From Candidatus Zixiibacteriota bacterium (lineage in GTDB: Bacteria; Zixibacteria; MSB-5A5; RBG-16-43-9), in the NCBI GenBank assembly GCA_030692925.1, contig JAUYBY010000093.1, positions 11,258-75,257 on the forward strand: a DNA stretch of 64,000 nt, read 5' to 3'. Both the position numbers and the translations under genes were made by a program. This document shows, piece after piece, positions 10,255 to 21,665 of the stretch; within the stretch, counting starts at the first letter, position 1; each line of letters starts with the position of its first letter. A model generated the notes under the pieces. That model ran no database searches and had not been told where the DNA came from. It was given only the letters and a program-made list of their open reading frames with translations.

Positions 10255-10348
10255 AGAAATCAAATCTCTGAAGTATAAAGTTTTTTGTAAACCCAGGGTT
10301 TACTCTCTATGATTCGGGTGGAGTCAAGCTCCACCCCTACGCGTTTTT

Positions 10349-10382
10349 CCCCTGTCTACTGTATGCTGTCTACTGTCTACTT
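10349..10382. repeat. Heptanucleotide tandem repeat (CCCCTG TCTACTG TATGCTG TCTACTG TCTAC)
   Basis: Read directly from the sequence. It contains the TAG stop codon of glyQS (10377-10379). Confidence 0.8.
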
Positions 10383-11699
10383 TTCAAATCCCCAGATCTT
10401 CTTATTCAAAATGGCAACCAGATCATCGATCTTCACCCTCACCTGTTCCATCGAATCCCTTTCCCGCAAGGTCACAGTCTGATCTTGTAGAGTCTGGGAG
10501 TCAACTGTTATGCCAAAAGGAGTTCCCACCTCATCCTGTCTTCTGTACCTTCTGCCGATGGCGCCGCCTTCATCATAGAAGACCTTAAAATGAGGCCTTA
10601 ATAGATCTTCGATCTTCTTTGCTATCTCCGGCATATTTTCTCTTTTTACCAGGGGATACACTCCGGCTTTTATGGGTGCGATCTTGGGGTCTAATTTCAA
10701 AACGGTTCTTTCCTCATCCTTGACCACCTCTTCGTGATAAGCATCCAGCAGGCAGACCAGCAAAGAGCGGTCAACCCCGGCTGAGGTCTCGATGATATAT
10801 GGGATATACCTTTCCTTGGTCTGGTCATCATAATAGGAAAGGTCTTTCCCGGATGCCTGGGTATGCCGGGAAAGGTCGTAATCGGTGCGGTTATGAATTC
10901 CTTCGATCTCCTTCCAGCCAAAGGGAAAATTATATTCTACATCATATGCCATCTTGGCATAAAAAGCTAACTCCTTTTTATCGTGCTGGTGAAACCTCAA
11001 GTTTTCTTTTTTTATCCCCAGAGAATGATACCATTTCATTCTCTCCTCTTTCCAGTATTCGATCCATTTGTCGTCTTCTTTGGGGTTGATAAAAAACTGC
11101 ATCTCCATCTGCTCAAATTCTCTGGAGCGGAAGATGAAATTGCCCGGGGAGATCTCGTTTCTAAAAGCCTTACCGATCTGGGCTATTCCAAAGGGAGGTT
11201 TCTGTCTGGAAGGGGATAAGACGTTTAAGAAGTTGACATAGATACCCTGGGCAGTTTCCGGGCGAAGATAGACCATTGAAGCATCATCCTCCACTGGACC
11301 CATATGGGTTTTGAACATCAGATTGAACTGCCTGGCTTCTGTTAATTCTCCACCGCAATTAGGGCATTTCGTCCCCTGAACCTCCTCTGCCCTGAACCTC
11401 ATCTTGCAGTTCTTGCAGTCAACCATCGGGTCAGCAAAAGAAGCTACGTGACCTGAGGTCACCCACACCTGCGGATGCATTAGAATCGAGGCATCCAGCC
11501 CTTCGATATCATCCCGGAACTGGGTCATACTTTTCCACCAGCACTGTTTGATGTTATTCTTAAGCTCCACGCCTAAGGGCCCATAATCCCAGCAGCTATT
11601 TATCCCCCCGTAGATCTCGCTGGACTGGAAAATGAAACCTCTCCTTTTGCACAGGGAGACCAGTTTATCCATTAAATCCTGACTTTTCTTGTTTGCCAC
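10377..11699 (-). CDS. glyQS: Glycine--tRNA ligase (homodimeric class II type)
   Basis: N-terminal [17 protein letters not shown]...[14 protein letters not shown], class II motifs, and a C-terminal anticodon-binding domain. Confidence 0.95.
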   Translation of the reverse strand: MANKKSQDLMDKLVSLCKRRGFIFQSSEIYGGINSCWDYGPLGVELKNNIKQCWWKSMTQFRDDIEGLDASILMHPQVWVTSGHVASFADPMVDCKNCKMRFRAEEVQGTKCPNCGGELTEARQFNLMFKTHMGPVEDDASMVYLRPETAQGIYVNFLNVLSPSRQKPPFGIAQIGKAFRNEISPGNFIFRSREFEQMEMQFFINPKEDDKWIEYWKEERMKWYHSLGIKKENLRFHQHDKKELAFYAKMAYDVEYNFPFGWKEIEGIHNRTDYDLSRHTQASGKDLSYYDDQTKERYIPYIIETSAGVDRSLLVCLLDAYHEEVVKDEERTVLKLDPKIAPIKAGVYPLVKRENMPEIAKKIEDLLRPHFKVFYDEGGAIGRRYRRQDEVGTPFGITVDSQTLQDQTVTLRERDSMEQVRVKIDDLVAILNKKIWGFEK

Positions 11700-11725
11700 C
11701 TTTCCTCCAAAAATGTTCCTTTTGA

Positions 11726-12484
11726 TTAACCCGATATCTTCCTCAAGAATTCCAAGGTTTTCAGCTCTTTTGCTCCGGTATGATAACTGATAAAACTCTT
11801 GACCAGCTCAGAGATCTCCTCCAGGCTTTCCTTATCTACGGGGAATTTATCCGCCTTATTAATGTCCAGGGATAGGAGCTTCCTGGCTATAAGATATGAT
11901 TCCCGGCTGAGCTTGAGGTAGTATTCATCCTCCTTTGCGCACTTTTTGCAGATCACCCCGCCTCTTTCCGGACTAAAGAAAACCTCTTCCTCTTTTATCT
12001 CCTTACCACAGTTTATGCAGGCATCTAATTTAGGCTTATATCCCAGGTGAGTGCTGAGCTTAAGTGCAAAGCTCCAGAAAAGCTTTTCCGGGTTCGACTC
12101 ATCAGTTAATTCCATCCTTGAGAGGGTCTTCAGACTCAAGTTGAAAATCCTCGGGTTTGACTCCTCGCCTTTTATCAACTGGTCCAGAAGCTCAGACACA
12201 GCCGCTGCCCAGGAAAAACGGTTCAAGCTTTTGCTTAATCCCGAAAAACTCTTCAAAGTCTCTGCAGAGGAAAGAAGATGGAGTTCACTTCTCTCCCTTT
12301 TATAAAAAACTACTTCGACCAGCGAAAACGTTCCAGGTGGAGCAGTCCTGCTTTTTGCCCTTTTTATCCCTTTGGCTAAGACCTTTACCTTCCCGAAATC
12401 TCTGGTGTAGAGGGAAAAGATGAGCGAGGAGTCACCATACTTGAAGCTCTTCAGGACGATCCCTTCGGTTTTGACCAAGCTCAT
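11726..12484 (-). CDS. recO: DNA repair protein RecO
   Basis: N-terminal OB fold ([34 protein letters not shown]) and zinc motif CINCGK...CKKC. Confidence 0.85.
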   Translation of the reverse strand: MSLVKTEGIVLKSFKYGDSSLIFSLYTRDFGKVKVLAKGIKRAKSRTAPPGTFSLVEVVFYKRERSELHLLSSAETLKSFSGLSKSLNRFSWAAAVSELLDQLIKGEESNPRIFNLSLKTLSRMELTDESNPEKLFWSFALKLSTHLGYKPKLDACINCGKEIKEEEVFFSPERGGVICKKCAKEDEYYLKLSRESYLIARKLLSLDINKADKFPVDKESLEEISELVKSFISYHTGAKELKTLEFLRKISG

Positions 12485-14181
<1,697 letters not shown>

Positions 14182-14317
14182 TTATACCTCTCTTTTAGAG
14201 TAAGCTTTTTTACTTGTCCTTAAATCTAAAGCTTAAAAAAACTTTTGCAATAGAAAAAATAGGGGGACGTGGGATTTTTTTGATATTTCCCTTATTAGGA
14301 ATTGGGTGAAAGAAGGT

Positions 14318-14389
14318 AAAAAAAATTTACCCCACCGCTCTACTCACTATATTTTCGGGTAAGATATAGTGAGTGAGACGGTAGGGTAA
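14318..14389 (-). terminator. Rho-independent terminator downstream of the FG-GAP gene
   Basis: Long imperfect hairpin TTACCCTACCGTCTCACTCACTATAT-loop-ATATAGTGAGTAGAGCGGTGGGGTAA (minus-strand sense), followed by a run of 8 T. Confidence 0.7.
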
Positions 14390-14419
14390 CTATTTTTTCC
14401 TTATATTGGAGAACAGTGA

Positions 14420-16012
14420 TCAGTTACAAGGTGGTGGCCCGCCTTTGAAAAGATAATTGACCAAGTAAACCACATCAGCCACAGTCACATAACCATCACA
14501 GTTTGAGTCCCCAGCTCCAAAAGGTCTGGGGGCAGGACCACCTTTAAATAAGAAATAAACCAAATACACCACATCTGAAATGGTAACCTTGATGTCTGCA
14601 TTGGCGTCCCCAGACAGATAGACATAAAAACTAAGTGTTTGGTCTGACCATCTTTCCGCCCCCCATTTGTCATATGCTTTCACTTTCCAATACCAATACT
14701 TAGGCCCAACATTATCTGTAAAGGCAGTATCCAGCAAGCTGTCATAGATTATAGTTGAGTCAGGGTTAAAAACAGTAGAACGGCTGAGGTATAAATCATA
14801 AAGAACAGTGTCATTATCAAGGTCAGGTGCATTGTGCCATTTAAATTGCACCCTTGCCTTGACAGAGTCAGCATCTGTAGGGGATATTAAGGCATAAGAA
14901 TTTGGGCGTGAATTGATTAAATTTAGAAGAATCGAGACATTGTCGCTGCCCTGATTTGATACAGCCAAGTCAAGATCAGAGTCATTATCTAAATCCGCAC
15001 AAAATACAGAAATAGGTACAATTCCTGCAGAATAATAACCTATGGTTTGGAAAATCCCATTTCCATCGTTTATTAGAATGGAAGCTCTATTGCTATTAGC
15101 ATTTGCTACGGCTAAGTCCATATTACCGTCCCGGTCTAAATCTGCACAAAAAACAGAAAAGGGTGTAGTTCCTACACTATAGTCAACTTTAGGCTGAAAA
15201 GTACCGTCCCCGTTATTTTTTAAGATGGAAACGGTATTAGCATTGCCGTTTGCCACAGCTAAATCTAAATCACCATCCCCATCCAAGTCTGCATCCCAAA
15301 CACAACGAGGTGACATACCTACTGCATAATCGACTTTAGTTTGAAATGTTCCATCTCCATTGTTTTTCAAGATAGAAACATTGTGGCCATAAAAATTTGC
15401 CACAGCTAAATCGAAATCATTATCACCGTCTAAGTCTGCACAAATAATAGAAGTGGGGGCATTGCTTGACCCGTAATCAACTTTAGTTTGAAATGTTCCA
15501 TCTCCATTGTTCTTTAGAATAGAGACATTATTGCTAAAAGCATTAGCAACTGCCAAGTCTTGGTCACCATCTCCATCCAAATCTGCACAAAAAACGCACT
15601 CCGGACCATCTCCAGCCGCATAGCTAACTCTAGCCTGAAAAGTACCATCGCCGTTGTTCTTTAAGATAGAGACGCTGTCATTATAATTTGTCGCAACTAA
15701 ATCCAAGTCTGAATCATCATCTAAATCCGCACTAAAAACGGACCAAGGATAATAGCCTGCATCATAATCAATTTTGGGTTGAAATACACCGTTTCCATTG
15801 TTCTTTAATATGGAAACATTGTTTGTAACCTGATTTGCCACAGCTAAATCTAAATCACCATCCCCGTCTAAGTCAGCACAAAAAACATGATAAGGAAAAT
15901 CCCCTACTCCGTAGTTAACCGCCGGGGCGAAGGGGATGGAGTCAGGATTTTGTGCCCAAGCAGAGATAGCCCAAAGCATAGAAAGAGCTAAGAGCAATAG
16001 CTTTTTTCTCAT
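14420..16012 (-). CDS. Secreted FG-GAP/VCBS repeat protein with a C-terminal dockerin-like double Ca-binding module
   Basis: Signal peptide ...AISAWA|QNP. About 7 repeats of FCADLDGDGDLDLAVAN..NVSILKNNGDGTFQ. C-terminus GDANADIKVTISDVVYLVYFLFKGGPAP / GDSNCDGYVTVADVVYLVNYLFKGGPPP. Confidence 0.8.
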   Translation of the reverse strand: MRKKLLLLALSMLWAISAWAQNPDSIPFAPAVNYGVGDFPYHVFCADLDGDGDLDLAVANQVTNNVSILKNNGNGVFQPKIDYDAGYYPWSVFSADLDDDSDLDLVATNYNDSVSILKNNGDGTFQARVSYAAGDGPECVFCADLDGDGDQDLAVANAFSNNVSILKNNGDGTFQTKVDYGSSNAPTSIICADLDGDNDFDLAVANFYGHNVSILKNNGDGTFQTKVDYAVGMSPRCVWDADLDGDGDLDLAVANGNANTVSILKNNGDGTFQPKVDYSVGTTPFSVFCADLDRDGNMDLAVANANSNRASILINDGNGIFQTIGYYSAGIVPISVFCADLDNDSDLDLAVSNQGSDNVSILLNLINSRPNSYALISPTDADSVKARVQFKWHNAPDLDNDTVLYDLYLSRSTVFNPDSTIIYDSLLDTAFTDNVGPKYWYWKVKAYDKWGAERWSDQTLSFYVYLSGDANADIKVTISDVVYLVYFLFKGGPAPRPFGAGDSNCDGYVTVADVVYLVNYLFKGGPPPCN

Positions 16013-16148
16013 AATACACCTCGTCTACTGGATTTTAGAATAAACATTTCCCCCTCACTAACTTCAAGTAGAGCGCATCTTTACATTTACTCAATATTTA
16101 AAATAGCTTTATTTTAAGCCTTGTCAAGGCAAATCACGTTAGAGTGGG

Positions 16149-16997
16149 CTAATTTCCACAGATTTTTTGCAATAGAAAAAATAAAATAATCCCGCAAATC
16201 GAGGATAAAAAATTGACCCAGTCATTATTCAACCAGGATATTCCTGAGACCCTGTTTGTGTCAAAATTACAGTGAGTTTTCCTCTCAGTCGACTTATTGC
16301 AGATGGGACAGAGATACTGCGCCTGCAAAAAGGCACCTAACAGACTATCTATAAACGAGCCTGAAAAACCGGCTATGACTATTATCAAAAAAAGCTCCGT
16401 CCTAAAGGGAACAGGAGAAATTCCCGGCAGGAACCCAACTAAGACCAGGAAAAAAGAGCCAAAAAGAGAGCTTGCAGTTCCGATCAGACTTATACCTCCT
16501 GAACTGCCCGGCGATACTCTTTTAAAACCTCTCAGAGAAATTGGTTGAGCTTTAGACAAAATACCTATTTCAGTTCCCCAGGTATCAGCATTAACTGTGG
16601 CTAAACAGGCTAAATAGGCGGAGTAGATAGAGGGGGAGGGGAATATAAAATAAATAAAAGAAAGTGCTCCTGCTAAAACACCATTTGCCAGAACCTGGTT
16701 TTTATCCCGTGCCCCGGTCTTCTCGAAAACATCTTTATATTTTATTTTTTGACCTGACTTATACCTGGAAAGAAAACTTGATGAAAAAAAGAAGAATAAA
16801 AGAGGTAAGGCAAAACCAATCCCGCCAGTTCCGAAGATTATGGCACCTAAGAGAAATGCAGCCGAAGCCCCGTCCGAGGTGAGGAGTTTGAATCTGTAAG
16901 CAAGGGTTGAGACCAGGGCACTTAAGACCGTTCCCAGGAAAAGCTGGAGTGCAAGTTTAAGGATCATAAAAGCTGGAATCTTTTCCTGAAAAACCAT
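16149..16997 (-). CDS. DUF92/TMEM19-family integral membrane protein
   Basis: Polytopic membrane protein with the pattern typical of DUF92 proteins and a Cys cluster CPICN...THC near the C-terminus. The family assignment is from memory. Confidence 0.6.
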   Translation of the reverse strand: MVFQEKIPAFMILKLALQLFLGTVLSALVSTLAYRFKLLTSDGASAAFLLGAIIFGTGGIGFALPLLFFFFSSSFLSRYKSGQKIKYKDVFEKTGARDKNQVLANGVLAGALSFIYFIFPSPSIYSAYLACLATVNADTWGTEIGILSKAQPISLRGFKRVSPGSSGGISLIGTASSLFGSFFLVLVGFLPGISPVPFRTELFLIIVIAGFSGSFIDSLLGAFLQAQYLCPICNKSTERKTHCNFDTNRVSGISWLNNDWVNFLSSICGIILFFLLQKICGN

Positions 16998-19123
16998 TCT
17001 GTGGCTAGAAACAGGATAAAGAGAATCAAAAGAAAAGGCTGGGTCCAGAGGGGTATCTCCCTGGTTTTTAATCTGACTCTTTTCTCTAAGTTCAAACCGT
17101 TTAGAAGCGATGGAAAATTCTCAGGCTCCGAGTATTCACCCCCGGAAAGTAAAGCGATCTGCTGCAGAAGCTCTTTATCCGGCTTTAAATCTTCATCCTC
17201 TAAACTGGTTTTTTCTATTTCAAAACTGCCGGAGGAAGTTCCCAGAATTATTCCGTTCTGCCTGGCATCCCCTTTAAAAAGATATCTGCCCGGAGGTAAA
17301 AAGGAAACGGTATAGGAATAATCCCCGTTTTCATCCGGAGTCAGGTTGAAAAGTGATGAATCTGCTTCCTTTTCTTTTGGGTAGAGTTTTATTTTTATCT
17401 CCGCTCCTTTGATTTTCTGATAGCTCTCATCGAAAAGCCTGGAGACAAATTTTATCTCTTCACCTCTTTTATAGACATTCTTATCCGTGAAGATTTTGAA
17501 CCTCTCTAAATCTTCTTTTGACAAAAGCCACCTGAACGAGTTCTCCCAGAGCTTTTTATAGGCTGAATTATCCTGCCCGATTCCCCAGAGGAGAAAATCC
17601 CATTTCCACAAAGGCGAGAAACTCAGGACCTCTATTTTTCCTTTCTCTTGCTCTTTGACAATAATTCCCGGAAGAACTTCCTGGTTACCGTTGAAAAGTG
17701 CCAGGATTTTTGCTCCAGTTTTTTCTTTTAATGGTATCATCTGCTCAAAAGGAGGAAGGTTTGCCCATAAAGAGAGATTTTCCTCCGGGTCATCTGAAAG
17801 GCGGGTTATCGGATGAACTTTTCCATCCTGGGTAAGGGTCAAATTGAAAGTCTGGTTTAAAGGCTTTTCTCCCTTTACGATCTCAAAAGGAAGAAAATCC
17901 AAAGAGCTTAAAAGCCCTCCTCTTTTATAAAACTCCTCCCCAACTACGAGTAGAATGGAAATCCCTTTTCCGTATATTAGCTCTCTAATTGCCTTTTGAT
18001 TCTGCTCTAAGAATTGAGGAGAATCCAGCAGGATCAAAAGGTCACAGGCTTTGAGCTTCTCACCTGCCGAAAGCTCACCCGAAACCGGCTGGTTTGATTT
18101 TGAGAAGACCAGGCTTTCGAAAGATATGTCCTTATTCCCGGATAAAAATCTTTTGAGGAAATTGTACTCCCAGTTCAGGCTCTGGCTTACCAGAAGCAGT
18201 TTGAATTTCCGGTCCAGGACTTTCTGGGTGAAGCTTTTGAAGTTATTCTGCAGGAAAGTTTCTCCTTCTATTTTAGGAATTATGACCTGGTATCTATGTA
18301 TCCCTTTTGTCTCCGGCTCAAATACCAGCTTGAGTTCCTGGATTTCACCTGAGAAATTGAAGACGATTTCTTTTTGAGTTAGGGTTTTCTTCTCCTCTTG
18401 CAGGTAAACCGGGATTTTTATTCCCTTATATCCCTGATTTTTCAGGGTAACTTTGACAGTATCCTTTTCCCCTGAATAAGCAATTTCATTATAGTCCAGC
18501 TTTTCTATGCTGAGGTCTTTAAACGGCACAAATTCTCCGATTCCTACAGAGTAGATAGGAAGATTATATTTTTTTGAAATGGCTAACGGGTCTGCTCCGG
18601 AGTTGTTAGCTCCATCGCTTAAGAGGATAATTGCGGAAAGCTCTTTGTCTTTCAAGCCCTCTTTGAGCTTTTCTAAACTACTCCCGATTGCAGTGGCTTC
18701 TCCGGCAAAAGGAGGCAATTGTCTGGTGAGGTCAAAAGAAACCAGACTATCTGAAAAAAGATAAGAATAGACTTCGGTTTTGGACAGGAGGTCTTTAAAA
18801 CTTTTCTCTCCTAAAAGTCCCTGTAGCACTTCTTTCCTGGAAAGAGAGTTATTTTTGATATTCATGCTTTTGGAGGAATCCAGAAGAAGGGCGATTTTTG
18901 GATTTTCCCAGGATTTTCTGGCTATTCCCAACAAAGGCTCAGACAGGGCTAAAAAAAGACAGAATAAAGCCAGCCATCTCAAGACTAAAAGAAAAACTCT
19001 CTTCTTAATCGAAAGGGGGGGTATGGTAAAACGATAGGAAAGAAAAGCTATGATAAAGGTACAAATGAAGATGAGCAGAAGCAGAATCAAATTGTGCGAT
19101 TGAAAATCTATCCACAGTTTCAA
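16964..19123 (-). CDS. Large membrane protein with a BatA-type N-terminal double-TM anchor and a vWA-like segment
   Basis: N-terminal two-TM pattern (LLLLIFICTFIIAFLSYRF...LRWLALFCLFLALSEPLLG), LLDSSKSMN (vWA-like), and a C-terminal TM. Overlaps the DUF92 gene by 34 nt. Confidence 0.5.
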   Translation of the reverse strand: MKLWIDFQSHNLILLLLIFICTFIIAFLSYRFTIPPLSIKKRVFLLVLRWLALFCLFLALSEPLLGIARKSWENPKIALLLDSSKSMNIKNNSLSRKEVLQGLLGEKSFKDLLSKTEVYSYLFSDSLVSFDLTRQLPPFAGEATAIGSSLEKLKEGLKDKELSAIILLSDGANNSGADPLAISKKYNLPIYSVGIGEFVPFKDLSIEKLDYNEIAYSGEKDTVKVTLKNQGYKGIKIPVYLQEEKKTLTQKEIVFNFSGEIQELKLVFEPETKGIHRYQVIIPKIEGETFLQNNFKSFTQKVLDRKFKLLLVSQSLNWEYNFLKRFLSGNKDISFESLVFSKSNQPVSGELSAGEKLKACDLLILLDSPQFLEQNQKAIRELIYGKGISILLVVGEEFYKRGGLLSSLDFLPFEIVKGEKPLNQTFNLTLTQDGKVHPITRLSDDPEENLSLWANLPPFEQMIPLKEKTGAKILALFNGNQEVLPGIIVKEQEKGKIEVLSFSPLWKWDFLLWGIGQDNSAYKKLWENSFRWLLSKEDLERFKIFTDKNVYKRGEEIKFVSRLFDESYQKIKGAEIKIKLYPKEKEADSSLFNLTPDENGDYSYTVSFLPPGRYLFKGDARQNGIILGTSSGSFEIEKTSLEDEDLKPDKELLQQIALLSGGEYSEPENFPSLLNGLNLEKRVRLKTREIPLWTQPFLLILFILFLATEWFFRKRFQLL

Positions 19124-19149
19124 GGGTATTTTCCCTTCTGTTTAAAGGA

Positions 19150-19183
19150 TAAAAAAACCACTGTCTTTAAAATCTACAGTGGT
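19150..19183 (-). terminator. Rho-independent terminator after the polyprenyl synthase gene
   Basis: Minus-strand sense ACCACTGT-11 nt loop-ACAGTGGT followed by TTTTTTT. Confidence 0.7.
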
Positions 19184-19209
19184 CGGTTATAGAATCTTTG
19201 AACAAAAAT

Positions 19210-20184
19210 CTATTTTTCCCGGGTCAGGATGAAATCCACTAATTGCGTCAGGGAATCTTTATACTCTGAAGCCTTTAATCCTGAGATAACCTCCAGGGCA
19301 GACCTGCCAAAGTCAAATGCCCTCCTGCGACTGTACTCCACCCCTCCTTCCTTCTCCACAAAAGCACGTATCTCGGTAAAATACTCAGGTATATAGCCTT
19401 CTTCAAAGATTTTCAGAATCTTCTCCCGCGTGCCATCCTCAGAGCTGGCTAAAGCATAAATCAGAGGTAAAGTAATCTTCCCTTCCTGCAGGTCATTTCC
19501 TAACTCCTTCCCGGTTTTCTCCTTCTCTCCTATTAAATCCAAAAGGTCGTCGATTATCTGAAAAGAGGTGCCGAAATCCTCGCCGAATCTCTGGTAGATT
19601 TTTTGAACCTTTTCCTCCTCCCCTCTGGCAATTGCCCCGGACTGGCAGGCAACTGAGAACAAGGAGGCAGTCTTATCGGAAATTATCTGGAGATATACAT
19701 CCTCTGACAGGTTATGGTTCCCGCGCTCCTGGATCTGCAGAAGCTCTCCTATGCTGACCCTTTCAGTCGCTCTCGAAATCGCATTAAGGAGGGGAGTGAT
19801 CTTCGTCTGGACCAGAATCTTAAAAGCCTTGGCTAAAAGATAATCGCCCATCAGGACCGAGACTAAGTTGCTCCAGCGATAATTTATAGAGGTTTTTCCC
19901 CTGCGGGTGGTAGACTGATCGATAACGTCGTCGTGCAGCAGGGTTGCAGTATGAATAAGCTCAATTGCTACAGCCGCATCCAGGGCTTGGTCTTTGCCGG
20001 AGTTGTTACTTCCTCCAAAGCTTAAAAGGACTAAAGCCGGTCTTAGCCTTTTGCCTTTTCTCTCCAGCAGATACTGGGCCACCTGATAGATTAAAGGAGA
20101 ATCAGAATAAAGGTATTCCTCTAATTTCTGTTCTACCTTATCTAAATCTGATTTTACCGGCGAAAGAATCGAATCTAATTCCAC
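19210..20184 (-). CDS. Polyprenyl diphosphate synthase (IspB/HepT-like; GTG start)
   Basis: Two Asp-rich motifs, LLHDDVIDQ and QIIDDLLD. The product chain length cannot be told from the sequence. Confidence 0.9.
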   Translation of the reverse strand: MELDSILSPVKSDLDKVEQKLEEYLYSDSPLIYQVAQYLLERKGKRLRPALVLLSFGGSNNSGKDQALDAAVAIELIHTATLLHDDVIDQSTTRRGKTSINYRWSNLVSVLMGDYLLAKAFKILVQTKITPLLNAISRATERVSIGELLQIQERGNHNLSEDVYLQIISDKTASLFSVACQSGAIARGEEEKVQKIYQRFGEDFGTSFQIIDDLLDLIGEKEKTGKELGNDLQEGKITLPLIYALASSEDGTREKILKIFEEGYIPEYFTEIRAFVEKEGGVEYSRRRAFDFGRSALEVISGLKASEYKDSLTQLVDFILTREK

Positions 20185-20385
20185 GTCAATATCCCTGAAG
20201 TTTTGATCTACCTTAATATTCAGTCAAGTCCCGCACCTTACTGCAGAAGGAGCGCCACAAATATCTGCCGTCGTTATCTAAACTCGCCTTAAGCTCCTTC
20301 CAGTTTGAATAAAATACCACTCCCTTTTCAGATTGTCAAACGAAAAGTAAAACTGCTTTTTAAATTTTTGGAGATCGATATCTTT

Positions 20386-20597
20386 GGAGTGTAAACCTTC
20401 AGGTTTACCAAACAGGTGATAGGACATAGGTAGTAGGTGATAGGTAAAACGTAAGAGCATGCCGGTTTTTAGAAACTGACCTTGTGGATTCTGTTCATGC
20501 GGGAATTGTCATCGAGACCCCGTCGCAGGCGGGGGAATTCCCGCACGGAATTACTTAGATAAAGCTGAAGTCTCAAGACCTTGAGGCTTTATACTCC
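20386..20597. repeat. Composite repeat mosaic: a reverse-oriented two-hairpin element whose linker carries other repeats
   Basis: GGAGT GTAAACC TTCA GGTTTAC (20386-20408) ... ATAAAGC(20559)...GCTTTAT ACTCC (to 20597). In between are the heptamer repeat GGTGATA GGACATA GGTAGTA GGTGATA GGTAAAA (20415-20449) and GCGGGAATT/GGGGGAATTCCCGC hairpins. Confidence 0.7.
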
Positions 20598-20606
20598 AGT
20601 ATTTGG

Positions 20607-21092
20607 CTATTTCCTTACTCCAAACTTCTTCCTCAATTTTGTAGCCACAATCTCCGGCACGAAGCTGCTTATTTCCCCTTTATTGCGGGCTATTTCTTTG
20701 ATCAAAGTGGAGCTTAGGTAAGTGTACTTCTCGCTGGGCATCAGAAAAACTGTTTCGATTCCAGGGGCTAATTTTCGGTTCATCAGCGCCATCTGGAACT
20801 CGTATTCAAAATCTGATACTGCCCTCAAACCCCGGATTATCGCCACTGCCTTGGTTTTGGAGACGAAATCAGCCAAAAGTCCGGAAAAGAGCTTCGCTTT
20901 GACCCCTTTTAGATCCCGGATGCTTTCTTGCACCATTTTCAGCCTGTCGCTGGCTGAAAAAAGTGTAGCCTTGTTAGGTCTGGAGGAAACCGCTACGAGT
21001 ATCTCGTCGAATAAATCCGCTGCTCTCTGAATTAGATCCAGGTGCCCATTGGTAATCGGATCAAAAGTTCCAGCATAGATAGCCTTTCTCAT
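20607..21092 (-). CDS. coaD: Phosphopantetheine adenylyltransferase
   Basis: AIYAGTFDPITNGHLDLIQRA (HxGH-type nucleotidyltransferase motif), about 160 aa. Confidence 0.95.
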   Translation of the reverse strand: MRKAIYAGTFDPITNGHLDLIQRAADLFDEILVAVSSRPNKATLFSASDRLKMVQESIRDLKGVKAKLFSGLLADFVSKTKAVAIIRGLRAVSDFEYEFQMALMNRKLAPGIETVFLMPSEKYTYLSSTLIKEIARNKGEISSFVPEIVATKLRKKFGVRK

Positions 21093-21106
21093 AAAAACTC
21101 CTTCTC

Positions 21107-21649
21107 TCAGGAAATTTTCCTAAAAAAGGATACCAGAGTATCCCCGTATTTTCTTTCCTGTAATAATATGAAATTTCCCACTTTTTCTATCTTTTCCTTT
21201 TTGTGATGCTCGATGACTAAAACCCCCTTTGCATTCAGAAATTCTTTCTCTGACAAAATTTCTAAGACTTTCTGGCAGAGCCCTTTTCCATAAGGAGGAT
21301 CAGCCAGGATAAGATCAAACCTTCCTTCAGACTCACTTTTAAGAAATCTGAGAACATTTTTTTTTATGAGCCTGCTTTTATCCCTGAATCCAAGCTTCTC
21401 CAGATTTTTACGGATAAGGCCTAAACTGGAAGAGGAATTATCCACGAAAACCACCTCTTTTGCACCCCTGGACAGAGCTTCAATCCCTAAAGCACCACTT
21501 CCTGCAAAAAGATCCAGGACTTTTTTGTCTTCCACCGATGAGAGGATATTAAAAATTGCCCCTTTAACTTTATCCGAAGTGGGTCTAATCTTCCTTTTTC
21601 TTAAGGAGAAAAGCTTTTCCCCTTTTTTCTCACCGGAGATAATCCTCAA
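21107..21649 (-). CDS. rsmD: 16S rRNA (guanine966-N2)-methyltransferase RsmD
   Basis: MRIISGEKKG..L....IRPTSDKVKGAIFNIL, DLFAGSGALGIEALSRGA and DPPY. Confidence 0.88.
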   Translation of the reverse strand: MRIISGEKKGEKLFSLRKRKIRPTSDKVKGAIFNILSSVEDKKVLDLFAGSGALGIEALSRGAKEVVFVDNSSSSLGLIRKNLEKLGFRDKSRLIKKNVLRFLKSESEGRFDLILADPPYGKGLCQKVLEILSEKEFLNAKGVLVIEHHKKEKIEKVGNFILLQERKYGDTLVSFFRKIS

Positions 21650-21665
21650 GTTTTCTCCTCAGAAA

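Noticed and set aside
8754-10376. Possibility that the dense short repeats form a CRISPR array.
   Set aside because: The repeats are palindromic hairpins of several unrelated families, with irregular spacing and no unique spacers of constant length. No cas genes are present apart from an isolated Cas4-like nuclease 38 kb away.
14900-15900. Near-identical DNA repeats of about 150-200 nt inside the FG-GAP gene.
   Set aside because: They are in-frame coding repeats of the FG-GAP/VCBS modules, not mobile or regulatory elements.
20221-20310. SRP (4.5S) RNA-like string CUGGAAGGAGC...GCUCCUUCUGCAG on the minus strand upstream of the polyprenyl synthase gene.
   Set aside because: It forms a hairpin, but the conserved domain IV features (GUCAGGUCCGGAAGGAAGCAGC with the 5' CAGG/3' AGCA loops) are not present. 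It is more likely a 5'-UTR or terminator hairpin, or another repeat.
20278-20460. Short ORFs in intergenic regions (20278..20460, 8820..9083, 47222..47416, 46240..46572).
   Set aside because: Their sequences are translated repeat hairpins (for example FGKPEGLHSK from GTAAACCTTCAGGTTTAC, and RQECPTY from the GACATTCCTGTC hairpin) or overlap the leader or 5' end of a real gene. No RBS or coding signal is present.
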